Numbered from the stretch's first letter, positions 39,034 through 49,459 are shown. The stretch: 64,000 nucleotides of DNA from Chitinophaga pinensis (GCA_945863605.1 CAMAZP010000001.1:152272-216271); one strand, 5' to 3'. Notes: a model not told the origin generated them from the letters alone. Numbers and translations: made by a program.

Positions 39034-40920
39034 TTAAGAAGCTTGTTCAAGATCGTCTGGATGCGTGTCTGCAAGAATTTCTTCTGCAATGTCTTTCTCC
39101 ACACGAAGGTTATCAATAATAAAATCTTGTCGTTCTGGTGTGTTTTTACCCATAAAATAAGAAAGTATCGAATCGATCGAATTTTCTTTGGATAATAGAA
39201 CCGGTTCTAAGCGAATGTCCGCACCAATAAAATGTATGAATTCATCAGGTGAAATCTCTCCCAATCCTTTGAATCGCGTTATTTCAGCTGCTTTTCCAAT
39301 TTCTGAAATTGCATTTCTACGCTCTTCCTCGGAATAACAATAAATCGTTTTTTTCTTGTTGCGCACACGGAACAAAGGCGTTTGCAAGACATAGACGTGA
39401 TTTCTTTTCACCAAATCTGGGAAAAACTGCAAGAAAAACGTCAACAACAACATACGAATGTGCATTCCATCGACATCGGCATCGGTAGCAATTACGATTT
39501 TGTTGTAACGCAAATTATCCATATCGTCTTCGATGTCCAAAGCCGCTTGAATGAGGTTGAATTCCTCGTTTTCATACACCACTTTTTTCGTCAAACCGTA
39601 GCAATTCAAAGGCTTACCACGCAAAGAAAAAACTGCTTGCGTGTTCACATCTCTTGATTTTGTAATCGAACCACTCGCAGAATCTCCCTCTGTAATAAAC
39701 AAGGTTGTATTCTCACGGTTTTCGTCTTTCAAATCCGTTAAATGTGCTCGGCAATCACGTAATTTTTTGTTGTGAAGACTTGATTTTTTAGAACGTTCAC
39801 GCGCAATTTTACGAATACCAGCCAATTCTTTGCGCTCGCGCTCTGACTGTTTGATTTTCTTTTCAATCGTTTCTGCAACATCAGGATGACGGTGCAGGTA
39901 ATTATCTAATTTGTCTTTTAAGAAATCGTTGATGAACGCACGCATGGATTTTCCACCCGGTTCAATTTCTTGCGAACCTAATTTTGTTTTTGTTTGTGAT
40001 TCGAAAACTGGCTCAATCACTTTAATCGCAATCGCAGCTACAATTGACTGACGAATATCAGAAGCTTCGTAGTTTTTATTGTAAAAATCGCGAATTACTT
40101 TTGCAACCGACTCACGGAAAGCACTTTGATGCGTACCACCTTGTGTGGTGTGTTGTCCGTTGACGAACGAATAATAATCTTCACCATACGTTCTACCATG
40201 TGTGAAAGCAACTTCGATGTCTTCGTCTTCAATGTGAATGATTGGATACAATGGATCGCCGTCCATATTGTTTTCCAACAAATCTTTCAAACCATCTTTT
40301 GATTGGAATTTTTCACCGTTACAATAAATCGCCAATCCGCGGTTTAAGTAACAATAATTCCACATCATTTTATCCAAGTACACTGTTTTAAAAGCATACT
40401 TTTTGAAAATCGTTTCGTCGGGAATAAATTCTACGTAGGTTCCATTTTGCTCGTCCGTTTTCTCAATTGGATATTCTTTTACCAATTCTCCTTTATCGAA
40501 ATCTGCACGTTTTTTCTCCCCTTCACGCACTGAATAAACCGAGAAATAGGAGGAAAGTGCATTCACCGCTTTTGTTCCGACACCGTTCAAACCAACTGAT
40601 TTCTTGAAGGCTTTAGAGTCGTATTTTCCACCAGTGTTCATTCGTGAAACAACTTCCACTACTTTTCCCAACGGAATACCACGGCCGTAATCACGCACGC
40701 TTACTTTTCCGTCTTTCACTTTAATGTCGACGCGTTTGCCGTTCCCCATCACGAATTCATCGATACAGTTATCGACTACTTCTTTTACGAGGATATAAAT
40801 TCCATCATCCGCAGCGGCGCCATCACCGAGTTTTCCGATGTACATCCCAGGACGCAAGCGAATGTGCTCTTTCCAATCGAGGGAGCGTATGTTGTCTTCA
40901 GTATATTGATTTTCAGCCAT
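39034..40920 (-). CDS. parE: DNA topoisomerase IV subunit B
   Basis: GHKL ATPase motifs ([21 protein letters not shown]), Toprim EGDSASGS, and KGLGEISP. At 628 aa it is shorter than GyrB. Confidence 0.8.
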   Translation of the reverse strand: MAENQYTEDNIRSLDWKEHIRLRPGMYIGKLGDGAAADDGIYILVKEVVDNCIDEFVMGNGKRVDIKVKDGKVSVRDYGRGIPLGKVVEVVSRMNTGGKYDSKAFKKSVGLNGVGTKAVNALSSYFSVYSVREGEKKRADFDKGELVKEYPIEKTDEQNGTYVEFIPDETIFKKYAFKTVYLDKMMWNYCYLNRGLAIYCNGEKFQSKDGLKDLLENNMDGDPLYPIIHIEDEDIEVAFTHGRTYGEDYYSFVNGQHTTQGGTHQSAFRESVAKVIRDFYNKNYEASDIRQSIVAAIAIKVIEPVFESQTKTKLGSQEIEPGGKSMRAFINDFLKDKLDNYLHRHPDVAETIEKKIKQSERERKELAGIRKIARERSKKSSLHNKKLRDCRAHLTDLKDENRENTTLFITEGDSASGSITKSRDVNTQAVFSLRGKPLNCYGLTKKVVYENEEFNLIQAALDIEDDMDNLRYNKIVIATDADVDGMHIRMLLLTFFLQFFPDLVKRNHVYVLQTPLFRVRNKKKTIYCYSEEERRNAISEIGKAAEITRFKGLGEISPDEFIHFIGADIRLEPVLLSKENSIDSILSYFMGKNTPERQDFIIDNLRVEKDIAEEILADTHPDDLEQAS

Positions 40921-41045
40921 TTTTATGTAGAATTCTTCAATTTAACAAAAATAACTGATTAACAAAGAAATGATTAGTAACTAAACGTAATTTATGAACG
41001 CGGATTAGTTGATAAAGGAAATGTTTTTCTGGTATTGTATATATT

Positions 41046-41071
41046 AAAAATGAGGAACATTATTGCTCCCC
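41046..41071 (-). terminator. Rho-independent terminator, minus-strand specific
   Basis: The minus-strand RNA GGGGAGC-AAUAAU-GUUCCUC followed by AUUUUU forms a 7-bp stem with two G-U pairs. These would be C-A mismatches on the plus strand. Confidence 0.55.
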
Positions 41072-41096
41072 ATTGAAGTTATTTAGATAAAATAAA

Positions 41097-42308
41097 CTAG
41101 AATCTATTCGATTTTGAGTTCATTGGTTTTTTACTTTTCAAGACGTTAAAGCCAATATTTACACCTGCATATCCACCACCTTTTTGGGAAGAGTAAAAAA
41201 CGTTAACAGGAATATTTAATGAACCCGCTCTAAATGTTCGACCAGCAGCGAAAACAAACGTAGTATTCAACGATTTCAAACCTCTTTTATCTAAAACAGT
41301 TTCATTTTTATAATCGGCATTAAATTCTGTAGCTTTCGGCATAATGAAATAGCCGTTAGTATTGTATTCTGGATTATCTCTAAAGTTTTCATTCGCATAA
41401 TCTTGCCAATCATTTTCTGAAAAGTATTGATTGTCAGTTCCAAATAAATTTTCTGTATCGAAGAAGCCTGAACTAGTTGATTTCACACTAAAACCAGGAC
41501 CAAAAGCAAATTCCCAACCACTTTTTCCAAAGCGGAATCCATTCATAATTGTTAAAGAAGGAATAAACTGACCTTGTTCTAAACCTGAAACGTTCACAAT
41601 TCCTTCCACAAGTGCAGAGAAATTCTCCGTTCCAACATATTGTCCTTCAATTTGATATCCAATCATTGAAACTACAGGAATAATTCCTAATCCTCCTTGA
41701 TCAGTGGAACGCATCGCAAATTCATTCACACTTCCAGTTAAAAAAGCAGCTCCAATTCGAGGTCCAGAATTGTTTACTTTTCCAACATTGTTCGATGTAA
41801 TCATTTCATTTTTAAATGCTAAGCGATCCAACAGCACTTTGTCAACTGGAACTAAAAGCATTTCTTTGATAACAATCTCGATCATGCGTTGAATTTCTAA
41901 TTCTTGATTGTCAAATTCCTTCACATTTGATTTATAAATTGTTTGACTTTTCACATCTACAATTTTTATAGTCAACGCAATTTTATTTCCCAAACCGTCG
42001 ATACTTCCACACATGATATAATCAACTTTTAATTCTGCTCCCAGTTTTGCTAGGCAATTTTGTCCATAACATAGGGTTCTGAATTCTTCCTTTGCTTTGA
42101 GAACATCAGCCATGTCAAATTCGTCATAGACTTTGTGTTTATTGATTTTAATTAATTCCAAACGCATCATTTTCGCAGCTGTTTCTTGTTTGATTCCAAC
42201 AGCATTTACATTTGGATTTGCAACAGCAATCGAAGGTAAACTTTCATTTTGTGCATTAACAATTCCTAAATTCATTAAGATTGCTAAAAAGAAAAATTTT
42301 GTTTTCAT
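41097..42308 (-). CDS. Secreted outer-membrane-type protein: periplasmic scaffold-like N-domain plus beta-rich C-domain
   Basis: Signal peptide MKTKFFFLAILMNLGIVNAQ (ATG 42308 preferred). The N-domain pattern IAVANPNV..LGAELKVDYIMCGSIDGLGNKIALTIKIVD resembles CsgG/LpoB/TolB-N-like modules. The C-terminal half is G/F/S-rich and ends in F. Confidence 0.5.
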   Translation of the reverse strand: MKTKFFFLAILMNLGIVNAQNESLPSIAVANPNVNAVGIKQETAAKMMRLELIKINKHKVYDEFDMADVLKAKEEFRTLCYGQNCLAKLGAELKVDYIMCGSIDGLGNKIALTIKIVDVKSQTIYKSNVKEFDNQELEIQRMIEIVIKEMLLVPVDKVLLDRLAFKNEMITSNNVGKVNNSGPRIGAAFLTGSVNEFAMRSTDQGGLGIIPVVSMIGYQIEGQYVGTENFSALVEGIVNVSGLEQGQFIPSLTIMNGFRFGKSGWEFAFGPGFSVKSTSSGFFDTENLFGTDNQYFSENDWQDYANENFRDNPEYNTNGYFIMPKATEFNADYKNETVLDKRGLKSLNTTFVFAAGRTFRAGSLNIPVNVFYSSQKGGGYAGVNIGFNVLKSKKPMNSKSNRF

Positions 42309-42576
42309 AGTTTTAAATTTTATGGACAAATATTTCCCTTTTAATTCTTCAACTGAAAATTGATTTCGTCAAGCACTAATTAGTAAATTGCGATTTTTGT
42401 AGAATCTAAAAACTTGAATTGAACGATACTGTTTAAAAACGCATTTTTCACAAGTATTTTTGTTTTAATTTGTGATTTTCGCAAATATAGATATGAGACA
42501 AACTAATTTGTTACGATTTAAAAGTTTTAATTTATGAATTTCACAAATAAATTTACGCTTTAAAAAGTTTTTACCT

Positions 42577-43587
42577 TTAAAAATGTAAATCAGCGTCGAT
42601 CTTTTTTCGGAAAGAATGAATCATTTTTTCAAACTCATAAAAGTAATTATTTCTTTCCTTTTCATTTATAACACTTATCAAACTTGAGTTAGCAAGTTGT
42701 TTATCGATGATTTGCTTGGTGTCTCCAACATAGTCGGAATCGCTTGTGTGCAAGTAATTCATAACATTATGTGTCAAGTAAATTCCAGTTTCTTCTTTAC
42801 TTGTGTAATAAAATGTTGCGTCAGAATTAATGGTTTCATTTAAATACATTTGAAATTCATTTCCTGAACTTGGAGCTTGAGTGCCAAAAATAAACTTCTT
42901 ACCTAAGGTAGATTGTTCGCGTAAATGCTGTGCCATTAACAAAGCTCTATCGCAAAGAAACAAGGCATACTCAGGGTCTTCAAACATGTGAGCTTTATAG
43001 TAATAGAAAATTTGTCGCATAAATCCACGCATCAATTCTGGGTCAAAAATTTCAACAGAAGGAATTGAATTATAGCGTTGAAGAATTTCTTTTCCAAGTT
43101 CAAAAGCGCGGTCAGTTGTTTTTTCGTGTTTGAAAAGTTCGTTTTTATAATCAACAATTTGCAAATGAGTTTTTGCCCAAAAGAACAATCGGAAACGTAC
43201 TAATTGCGGAAAATTTAAAAGCTGAAAGAAATGCGTGTTATTAACCGACAAAATAATTTGAGGATCACTTAAATTCTTTAATTTATCAATTGATTTTAAA
43301 ATTCCTTCTAAGTAACTTTCTAAGCTAAAGTCATACGTATTTAAAGGTGTGTAATTAAAAGTTACGCTACCTTTCGAACGGGTACTGAGTGCATCCAAAG
43401 AAATATCAAAATGTTTGGCCAAGCGTTGCGCTTCTTGAATACTTAAAATCGTTTCGCCGCGATACCTTCTATAAACGGCATCTGGACTTAAATGAAGAAT
43501 ATCAGCAAGAACGTTTCCAAGTGAATCTGAACTAGCGATTCGTTCTTTAACTAATCTAAAAATTTCTGTTTGAATATCTTGTTTCAT
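42577..43587 (-). CDS. Helix-turn-helix transcriptional regulator (BetR-N-like HTH plus an uncharacterised ~270-aa domain)
   Basis: The N-terminal LADILHLSPDAVYRRYRGETILSIQEAQRLAKHFDISLDAL is HTH-like. The internal start MKQDIQTEIF at 43587 removes the overlap with the upstream gene. Confidence 0.55.
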   Translation of the reverse strand: MKQDIQTEIFRLVKERIASSDSLGNVLADILHLSPDAVYRRYRGETILSIQEAQRLAKHFDISLDALSTRSKGSVTFNYTPLNTYDFSLESYLEGILKSIDKLKNLSDPQIILSVNNTHFFQLLNFPQLVRFRLFFWAKTHLQIVDYKNELFKHEKTTDRAFELGKEILQRYNSIPSVEIFDPELMRGFMRQIFYYYKAHMFEDPEYALFLCDRALLMAQHLREQSTLGKKFIFGTQAPSSGNEFQMYLNETINSDATFYYTSKEETGIYLTHNVMNYLHTSDSDYVGDTKQIIDKQLANSSLISVINEKERNNYFYEFEKMIHSFRKKIDADLHF

Positions 43588-43591
43588 CCAA

Positions 43592-44656
43592 TTAAAACTT
43601 ATAAAACCAAGAGCACATAGGAATAGGGAAGGAGTAGCTTTCTCCATTTGTTGAACCGATTACTCCTGTTAAAGAAATCTGAAAAGCTTTATCTTCTGAT
43701 TTTTGAAATCGCATACCAGGCATTAAAATTAAATTGGTTGATTTAATTTTATTGTTCACAATTGATGTATACGATGGTATACCTTGATTATTATAAAAAT
43801 AGTTTTGATCTTGATTTGTTTGATTTCCAAATAAAATCATCGAATCAAAAATAAAACTTGCTTTTGATCCAACAGAGACAATTCCACCTAATCCAATTAT
43901 TGGTGCATTTCCAATAGGTTTTCTCGTTTCTGGTAAGTTAAAATTGAAGTTTGGATTTCCTGGGTTTGAAGGATCTTGAATTGCTGGGTAAATGCCTTCT
44001 TCATAAAATGTTGAATTAAAAAAATTAACCTTTGCATATGAATATCCAACAGAGAATGTTAGATTTTTTTTTCTGTCACCAAATGTTATCATTCCCCAAT
44101 GTAATCCACCATAACCTCGTCCTTGATTCAGATAACCAACTGAACCAAGAAGTGTTCCAAATCCGAAATTTATTTTTTCATAATTTGTTGGTATTGAATA
44201 TTTAAGCGCTAAAACAATTGGACTCGCAATCCAAGTTGTGATTACTCCAACAGAAAAATTCTTTGAGACAGCAAAATGAACTTCCGGACCAAAAAGATTA
44301 ATTAATGCATAGTTTTCACCTTTTTCTATCGGAAATGAATTAGTTGTAAATTGGTAACGAGTTGTAAATGGACCTCTTGCGCGGTATTCTCCGTTCACAA
44401 TATCCTTAGTTAAATCAACTTTTTTGATGGATCTTATATCTGATTTTGGAACAAATATTTTTCCTAAATTTTCTGTTAAAATAAGTACCTCACGACCATC
44501 GTCACTTATGATTTTTCCAATCAATTCATTACCATTATTTCTAATAATGACATACGTATTTGTATCTATTTCAGCTGATTGAACGACTTGGGCTTTAACT
44601 GATTGAATTGCTTGAAATCCGAAAAACAAGATTAATACCGCTAATAATTTTTTCAT
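43592..44656 (-). CDS. Putative outer-membrane beta-barrel protein
   Basis: Signal peptide MKKLLAVLILFFGFQAIQSVKAQ, alternating beta-strand composition, and a C-terminal ..WFYKF aromatic terminus. Confidence 0.5.
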   Translation of the reverse strand: MKKLLAVLILFFGFQAIQSVKAQVVQSAEIDTNTYVIIRNNGNELIGKIISDDGREVLILTENLGKIFVPKSDIRSIKKVDLTKDIVNGEYRARGPFTTRYQFTTNSFPIEKGENYALINLFGPEVHFAVSKNFSVGVITTWIASPIVLALKYSIPTNYEKINFGFGTLLGSVGYLNQGRGYGGLHWGMITFGDRKKNLTFSVGYSYAKVNFFNSTFYEEGIYPAIQDPSNPGNPNFNFNLPETRKPIGNAPIIGLGGIVSVGSKASFIFDSMILFGNQTNQDQNYFYNNQGIPSYTSIVNNKIKSTNLILMPGMRFQKSEDKAFQISLTGVIGSTNGESYSFPIPMCSWFYKF

Positions 44657-44751
44657 TTGATTTAATTTAGATATTGCAAAGGTAGTAAGAAATGAAGTAA
44701 AAGGATTTTAAGATTTTCTTTTCTTAAATCTATTAGATTTATTTTTGACAT

Positions 44752-44778
44752 AAAAAAGAGGAACATTGCTGCTCCTCT
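44752..44778 (-). terminator. Rho-independent terminator of ahcY
   Basis: The minus-strand RNA AGAGGAGC-AGCAAU-GUUCCUCU followed by UUUUUU forms an 8-bp stem with one G-U pair. Confidence 0.65.
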
Positions 44779-44822
44779 CATTATCTCTTATTCAATAAAA
44801 ATTAAGAATTAAACTTTCAAAA

Positions 44823-46136
44823 TTAATATCTGTAGTGTTCTGCTTTAAATGGACCTTCAACAGCTACACCAATATAATCAGCTTGGTCTTGAGATAAAGT
44901 TTCCAATTCAACACCAATTTTAGCTAAATGCAAACGCGCTACTTTTTCGTCCAAGTGTTTTGGTAACATATATACGTCGTTTCCATAAGCTGCTGAGTTT
45001 TGCCATAATTCCAATTGAGCTAATGTTTGGTTTGTAAATGAATTTGACATTACAAAAGATGGGTGACCTGTTGCACATCCTAAATTCACCAAACGACCTT
45101 CAGCTAAAATGATTACGTCATGACCGTTAACATTGTAAATATCAACTTGTGGTTTCACTTCGTTTTTAGTGTGACCGAAGTTTGTGTTCAACCAGCCCAT
45201 ATCGATTTCGTTGTCGAAGTGACCGATGTTACAAACAATCGCTTTGTCCTTCATTTTTTCGAAATGACGGCCTACAACAATATTTTTATTTCCTGTTGTT
45301 GTAACGATGATATCACCTAAATGAACAACATTGTCTAATCTTTTCACTTCAAAACCATCCATCGCAGCTTGTAGTGCACAAATAGGATCGATTTCTGTAA
45401 CAATAACTCTAGCTCCAGCACCTTTCAACGATGCAGCTGAACCTTTTCCAACGTCACCGTAACCACAAACAACAGCTACTTTACCAGCCATCATTACGTC
45501 AGTTGCACGACGAATTGAATCCACTAAAGATTCTTTACATCCGTATTTGTTATCGAATTTTGATTTTGTAACTGAATCGTTTACGTTGATTGCAGGCATA
45601 ACCAAAGTTCCGTTTTTAACGCGCTCGTATAAACGGTGAACGCCAGTTGTAGTTTCTTCAGAAAGACCTTTGATACCTTTTGTCAACTCAGGGTAACGGT
45701 CAAAAACCATATTGGTTAAATCACCTCCGTCGTCCAAAATCATGTTTAATGGTTGACCGTCAGAAAATGCAAAAAGTGTTTGTTCGATACACCAATCGAA
45801 TTCTTCTTCGTTCATTCCTTTCCAAGCAAAAACTGGAATTCCAGCAGCAGCAATTGCAGCAGCCGCTTGATCTTGTGTTGAGAAAATGTTACATGAAGAC
45901 CAAGAAACTTCAGCTCCTAAATCAACTAATGTTTCAATTAAAACTGCAGTTTGGATTGTCATGTGTAAACATCCTGCAATTCTCGCACCAGCTAATGGTT
46001 TTGTTGCACCAAATTCTTCACGAAGCGCCATTAATCCGGGCATTTCAGCTTCAGCTAAAATAATTTCTTTACGTCCCCAAGCAGCAAGACTGATGTCTTT
46101 AACTTTGTAAGATAATTTTTCTGTTGTATTACTCAT
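44823..46136 (-). CDS. ahcY: Adenosylhomocysteinase
   Basis: NAD-binding [18 protein letters not shown], and the whole length reads as S-adenosyl-L-homocysteine hydrolase. Confidence 0.95.
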   Translation of the reverse strand: MSNTTEKLSYKVKDISLAAWGRKEIILAEAEMPGLMALREEFGATKPLAGARIAGCLHMTIQTAVLIETLVDLGAEVSWSSCNIFSTQDQAAAAIAAAGIPVFAWKGMNEEEFDWCIEQTLFAFSDGQPLNMILDDGGDLTNMVFDRYPELTKGIKGLSEETTTGVHRLYERVKNGTLVMPAINVNDSVTKSKFDNKYGCKESLVDSIRRATDVMMAGKVAVVCGYGDVGKGSAASLKGAGARVIVTEIDPICALQAAMDGFEVKRLDNVVHLGDIIVTTTGNKNIVVGRHFEKMKDKAIVCNIGHFDNEIDMGWLNTNFGHTKNEVKPQVDIYNVNGHDVIILAEGRLVNLGCATGHPSFVMSNSFTNQTLAQLELWQNSAAYGNDVYMLPKHLDEKVARLHLAKIGVELETLSQDQADYIGVAVEGPFKAEHYRY

Positions 46137-46163
46137 TTTATTTATTTTCTATTTTTAAGCGTG

Positions 46164-46194
46164 CAAAGTTACGAAACTAAAACCCAATCACAAA
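46164..46194 (-). promoter_or_regulatory. Candidate Bacteroidota-type promoter of ahcY
   Basis: On the minus strand: TTTG (46194-46191), a 19-nt spacer, then TAACTTTG (46171-46164). This is about 28 nt upstream of the ATG. Confidence 0.5.
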
Positions 46195-46250
46195 ATGATT
46201 ACAAATACCAGAAATTTTAAATTCAACATTCTGAATTCTACATTCTGAAT

Positions 46251-47273
46251 TTATAACCTCTCCCTAATCATTCCCTCTAATCCTGCAACAAACAATGGAT
46301 GGTCATTAGAGCTTGGCACCAATTGCACTTTCTCTCCTCCGTGTTCTTCAAAGATTTCTTGATATTCAGTACCGATTTCAATAATCGTTTCTAAACAATC
46401 AGCAACAAAGGCTGGACTGAAAACAAGAAGTTTCTTTGCTCCTTTTTTTGCTTGTTCTTCAACAACCTTATCAGAGAATGGTGTTAACCACTTTTTATCC
46501 AATCGCGATTGAAAGCAAACGGTATATTGTTCCTCTTTTAAACCCAATCTTGTAGCAATTAAGCGGGTTGTAGCAAAAGACGTTGCCTTATAACAAAATT
46601 TATTTTCTTCATTTATTTCTGATTCACAAGGTTGATCGCTACATAAATCCGTTCCTTCGTAAACTTTGTCTACTTGGCGTTCAGGTAAACCGTGATACGA
46701 AAACAAAATATGATCATAATCGCTTAAGTTAAAAGTTTTTGTTCGTTCGATAATTGAGTTTATGTATCCTTCATTATCCCAAAACTGACTAATAATTTTA
46801 ATTTCAGGAATCACCCACCATTTGCGGATAATATTCATTGCTTTCTCAATCGCAGAACCGGAAGAGGCACTTGCATACTGCGGAAACAATGGTAAAATGA
46901 TGATTTGGTCGTAATTAGCTTTGTGCATTCTATCTAAAACGGAATCAATTGACGGATTTTGGTAACGCATTGCCAATTCTATAGTTACGTTTTCGTTTTT
47001 GAAAATTTCTTTCAGTTTATTTTGAACATTTACTGAATGAGTTATCAAAGGAGAAACTCCATTTCCATGTTCCCATAATTCTTTATATATCTTCGCTGAT
47101 TTTGGAGCACGAAAGGGAACAATTATTCCATTTACTAATATTTTTCTTGCCAACCAAGGGATGTCAATTACACGCGGGTCGTTTAAAAATTCAGATAAAT
47201 ATCTACGAACATCACTTGTTCTTGAACTGTCAGGGGTGCCTAATTGGAGTAATAATACGCCTGTTTTTTTCAT
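46251..47273 (-). CDS. hemH: Ferrochelatase
   Basis: LLQLGTPDS, FSYHGLPER and FVADCLET motifs. Confidence 0.9.
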   Translation of the reverse strand: MKKTGVLLLQLGTPDSSRTSDVRRYLSEFLNDPRVIDIPWLARKILVNGIIVPFRAPKSAKIYKELWEHGNGVSPLITHSVNVQNKLKEIFKNENVTIELAMRYQNPSIDSVLDRMHKANYDQIIILPLFPQYASASSGSAIEKAMNIIRKWWVIPEIKIISQFWDNEGYINSIIERTKTFNLSDYDHILFSYHGLPERQVDKVYEGTDLCSDQPCESEINEENKFCYKATSFATTRLIATRLGLKEEQYTVCFQSRLDKKWLTPFSDKVVEEQAKKGAKKLLVFSPAFVADCLETIIEIGTEYQEIFEEHGGEKVQLVPSSNDHPLFVAGLEGMIRERL

Positions 47274-47445
47274 TTTTCACTTCATTTTCCTGGTGGATAG
47301 TAGTTGCTAAACAACTAATCACAACATAAGTTCCAAAAATAAGTACAATTTCTGGTGTCATTAGAAATAAATAATATTTAATTACAGAACTTATTAAAAG
47401 ATGTTTTTCATGAAATGAAAATAAATATTCTACTGTTTACTCAAA

Positions 47446-48492
47446 CTAGTTTTTAATTTGAGCACTAATTTTTTCTACCCTATTGTTCATGACTTTAAAA
47501 AATAATGGTGGCACAACAGCCATCAACATCATTCCTGGATATCCAGTAGGCATCGTTGGAGATTCTTCGTGTGACTCCAGTAATTGATAAGGTCTATCCG
47601 CTTTGTAATGGTGATCAGAATGACGACTCAATTCGAAAAGGATAATTCTCCCTAATACATGATTTGAATTCCAAGAATGCCAACGTCGAACACGTTCATA
47701 CGTTCCGTTTTCTTTTTGTTGACGCACCAAACCATAATGTTCGATATAGTTAACTGTTTCCAATAACAAAATGCCAATGATGGCTGCAATAACAAAAGCA
47801 ATTAAAACCTTTAAACCAAAAATGAAGAAAATCGTTGAAAGTAAAGTAATATGAAGCAAGGTGTAAATAATCATTCTATTCGTACGATGCAAAAAGGATA
47901 ATTTCTGAATGGATAATCTTTCCTTTTCAATTTGCCAAGCCTGAAAATAACTTCCGATTTGTGAACGAAACCAAAACACAAATAGTAACTCATTTTTTCT
48001 AGCTGTTGCAGGATCATTGGGTGTCCCGACATTGTGATGATGTCCACGATTGTGATACGGTAAAAAGTGATTTTCAAGAGAGCTTAACAAAAGAGCTTCT
48101 CCAATTAATTGTTCCATTCGGGAAAGTCGATGCCCTAGTTCATGCCCTAAATTGATACCTATCACGCCACACATAATTCCCATTGAAACAATTTTTCCAA
48201 CCAAATCCAAGGTTGTTTTAGTTTCCAAGATAGTGAAGAAAAAATAAAATAAAAAACCCCATTGAATTGGTAACATTAAATAAAGTAGAAAATCGTAATA
48301 TTTATCATTTACTGCCAGTTCACGTTCCCTTTCATCCAAATTATTAGCAACTGGTTGAAAAGCCATTTCTAAAAGCGGAACAAGTCCAAAGAAAACAAAT
48401 AAAGGCAAAAACGTTAAAATGTTTGTACTATTGAAACTTATATAAACAGTTAATGGCAAGGCTAGAATACTTAGATATTTTAGTTTTTTCAT
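47446..48492 (-). CDS. alkB: Alkane 1-monooxygenase (AlkB, membrane di-iron fatty acid desaturase superfamily)
   Basis: Histidine boxes HELGHR, NRGHHHNV and LSRHSDHH, plus the NYIEHYGL motif. Confidence 0.8.
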   Translation of the reverse strand: MKKLKYLSILALPLTVYISFNSTNILTFLPLFVFFGLVPLLEMAFQPVANNLDERERELAVNDKYYDFLLYLMLPIQWGFLFYFFFTILETKTTLDLVGKIVSMGIMCGVIGINLGHELGHRLSRMEQLIGEALLLSSLENHFLPYHNRGHHHNVGTPNDPATARKNELLFVFWFRSQIGSYFQAWQIEKERLSIQKLSFLHRTNRMIIYTLLHITLLSTIFFIFGLKVLIAFVIAAIIGILLLETVNYIEHYGLVRQQKENGTYERVRRWHSWNSNHVLGRIILFELSRHSDHHYKADRPYQLLESHEESPTMPTGYPGMMLMAVVPPLFFKVMNNRVEKISAQIKN

Positions 48493-48553
48493 CGCTCGTT
48501 TTTTTAGTTAAAAGTAAGAAATGATTGAATTAAAACAAACAATAAAATTTAAA

Positions 48554-49330
48554 CTACTTCACCTTTTTATCTATTAGCAATAAATAATGTTTTCGTAAAG
48601 TAGGTGTTGATTGAGTAAAATTATCCCAAACAAAATGAAAAGAACTGTTTTTGTTCTGTTTTGTAAGTTCAACTTCAGCAGAATAAACTGTTGCCGCTAA
48701 TGTGAATAATTGTGCTTCATAATACCCACCAAGCAATACTGTATCTCCGGGATTTACAAGTGTTTTCTCTTTAAATCCAATCCCATTTGGTGGTGTTTTT
48801 TTTGAAATAATTGTTTGTGGCTTATTAGTGAAGTTGACAATAAAAATTTCGCTACTGTAAATGACAGCGCATGATATAACCTCAGGCTTTTTATCATTTT
48901 TCGGATTCATAACAGGCGGTTCAACTTTTTTAAAATCTGGAATTGTGACTGTTCTTCCCCAACCATCATCACTTAAATCAACAATGTTTGTAATGTTGCC
49001 CTCTTCATCAAAAAAATGTGTGATATCGCCTCGTTGAATTCCACCGTCTGGTTGGCTTGTAGCATGGGCCTTTTTAATTGCACCGCTCGGATAATAATCG
49101 ACATCAACAGAACCGTGACCGCCTACATTTCTAGTAGACATGGAATAAATCTCTATGCCATCAATTTTATATGCTTTCAAATATCCAAAATGAATTTTAT
49201 CGGAAAGTTGTAATCGCTTGGTCGAAATTTTTCCGTTCTTGAAATAGGTATATTCAAAAGTACTATCTGACTTGCTTTTCTGAGAAAACAGGAATAAAGG
49301 AGACAGAAAAAGAATTAAAAGCAAACGCAT
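48554..49330 (-). CDS. Hypothetical secreted protein
   Basis: Signal peptide MRLLLILFLSPLFLFSQ. No recognised domain. Confidence 0.5.
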   Translation of the reverse strand: MRLLLILFLSPLFLFSQKSKSDSTFEYTYFKNGKISTKRLQLSDKIHFGYLKAYKIDGIEIYSMSTRNVGGHGSVDVDYYPSGAIKKAHATSQPDGGIQRGDITHFFDEEGNITNIVDLSDDGWGRTVTIPDFKKVEPPVMNPKNDKKPEVISCAVIYSSEIFIVNFTNKPQTIISKKTPPNGIGFKEKTLVNPGDTVLLGGYYEAQLFTLAATVYSAEVELTKQNKNSSFHFVWDNFTQSTPTLRKHYLLLIDKKVK

Positions 49331-49404
49331 AATTTTTGTTTTTTGAACTCGTTTACAATAAACGTGCTAAAATAAGTTTAATTGAAAATTCTTTTATCTA
49401 CAAC

Positions 49405-49437
49405 AAAAACGACCTCACCAAAGCTGATGAAGTCGTT
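49405..49437 (-). terminator. Rho-independent terminator of the 3-hydroxybutyryl-CoA dehydrogenase gene
   Basis: 10-bp stem AACGACUUCA / UGAGGUCGUU in minus-strand RNA, with one G-U pair that would be a C-A mismatch on the plus strand. A U-run follows. Confidence 0.6.
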
Positions 49438-49459
49438 TTGAAAAAATAATATAATCAAT

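Noticed and set aside
37878-39037. ORF-track entries of 155 aa and 118 aa on the plus strand inside parC. Similar antisense ORFs lie inside ahcY (45680-46063, 45886-46110), icmF (62651-62995), the PlsC-like gene (9130-9489), the 7893 gene (8575-8898) and the MauE/Trx gene (14660-15269).
   Set aside because: Each lies wholly antisense to a CDS with strong family motifs, and their translations are low-complexity with no motifs. They are most simply chance open frames.
46137-46250. Possible SAH or SAM riboswitch upstream of ahcY.
   Set aside because: The predicted promoter (-7 box at 46164-46171) leaves only a ~25-nt leader. The region is AT-rich, with none of the G/C-rich paired elements such riboswitches need.
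46226-46251. Direct repeat ACATTCTGAATT occurring twice with a 14-bp period, just downstream of the hemH stop.
   Set aside because: It is short, AT-rich, has no hairpin potential beyond GAATTC and no U-tail. I cannot distinguish it from chance or replication slippage.
47230-47361. 43-codon minus-strand ORF (MTPEIVLIFGTYVVISCLATTIHQENEV...) with a hydrophobic N-terminus, overlapping the hemH start in another frame.
   Set aside because: It is below the size at which an ORF alone is convincing. I cannot assess conservation, and the overlap with the hemH start makes it doubtful. Ribosome profiling or conservation would be needed to call it.
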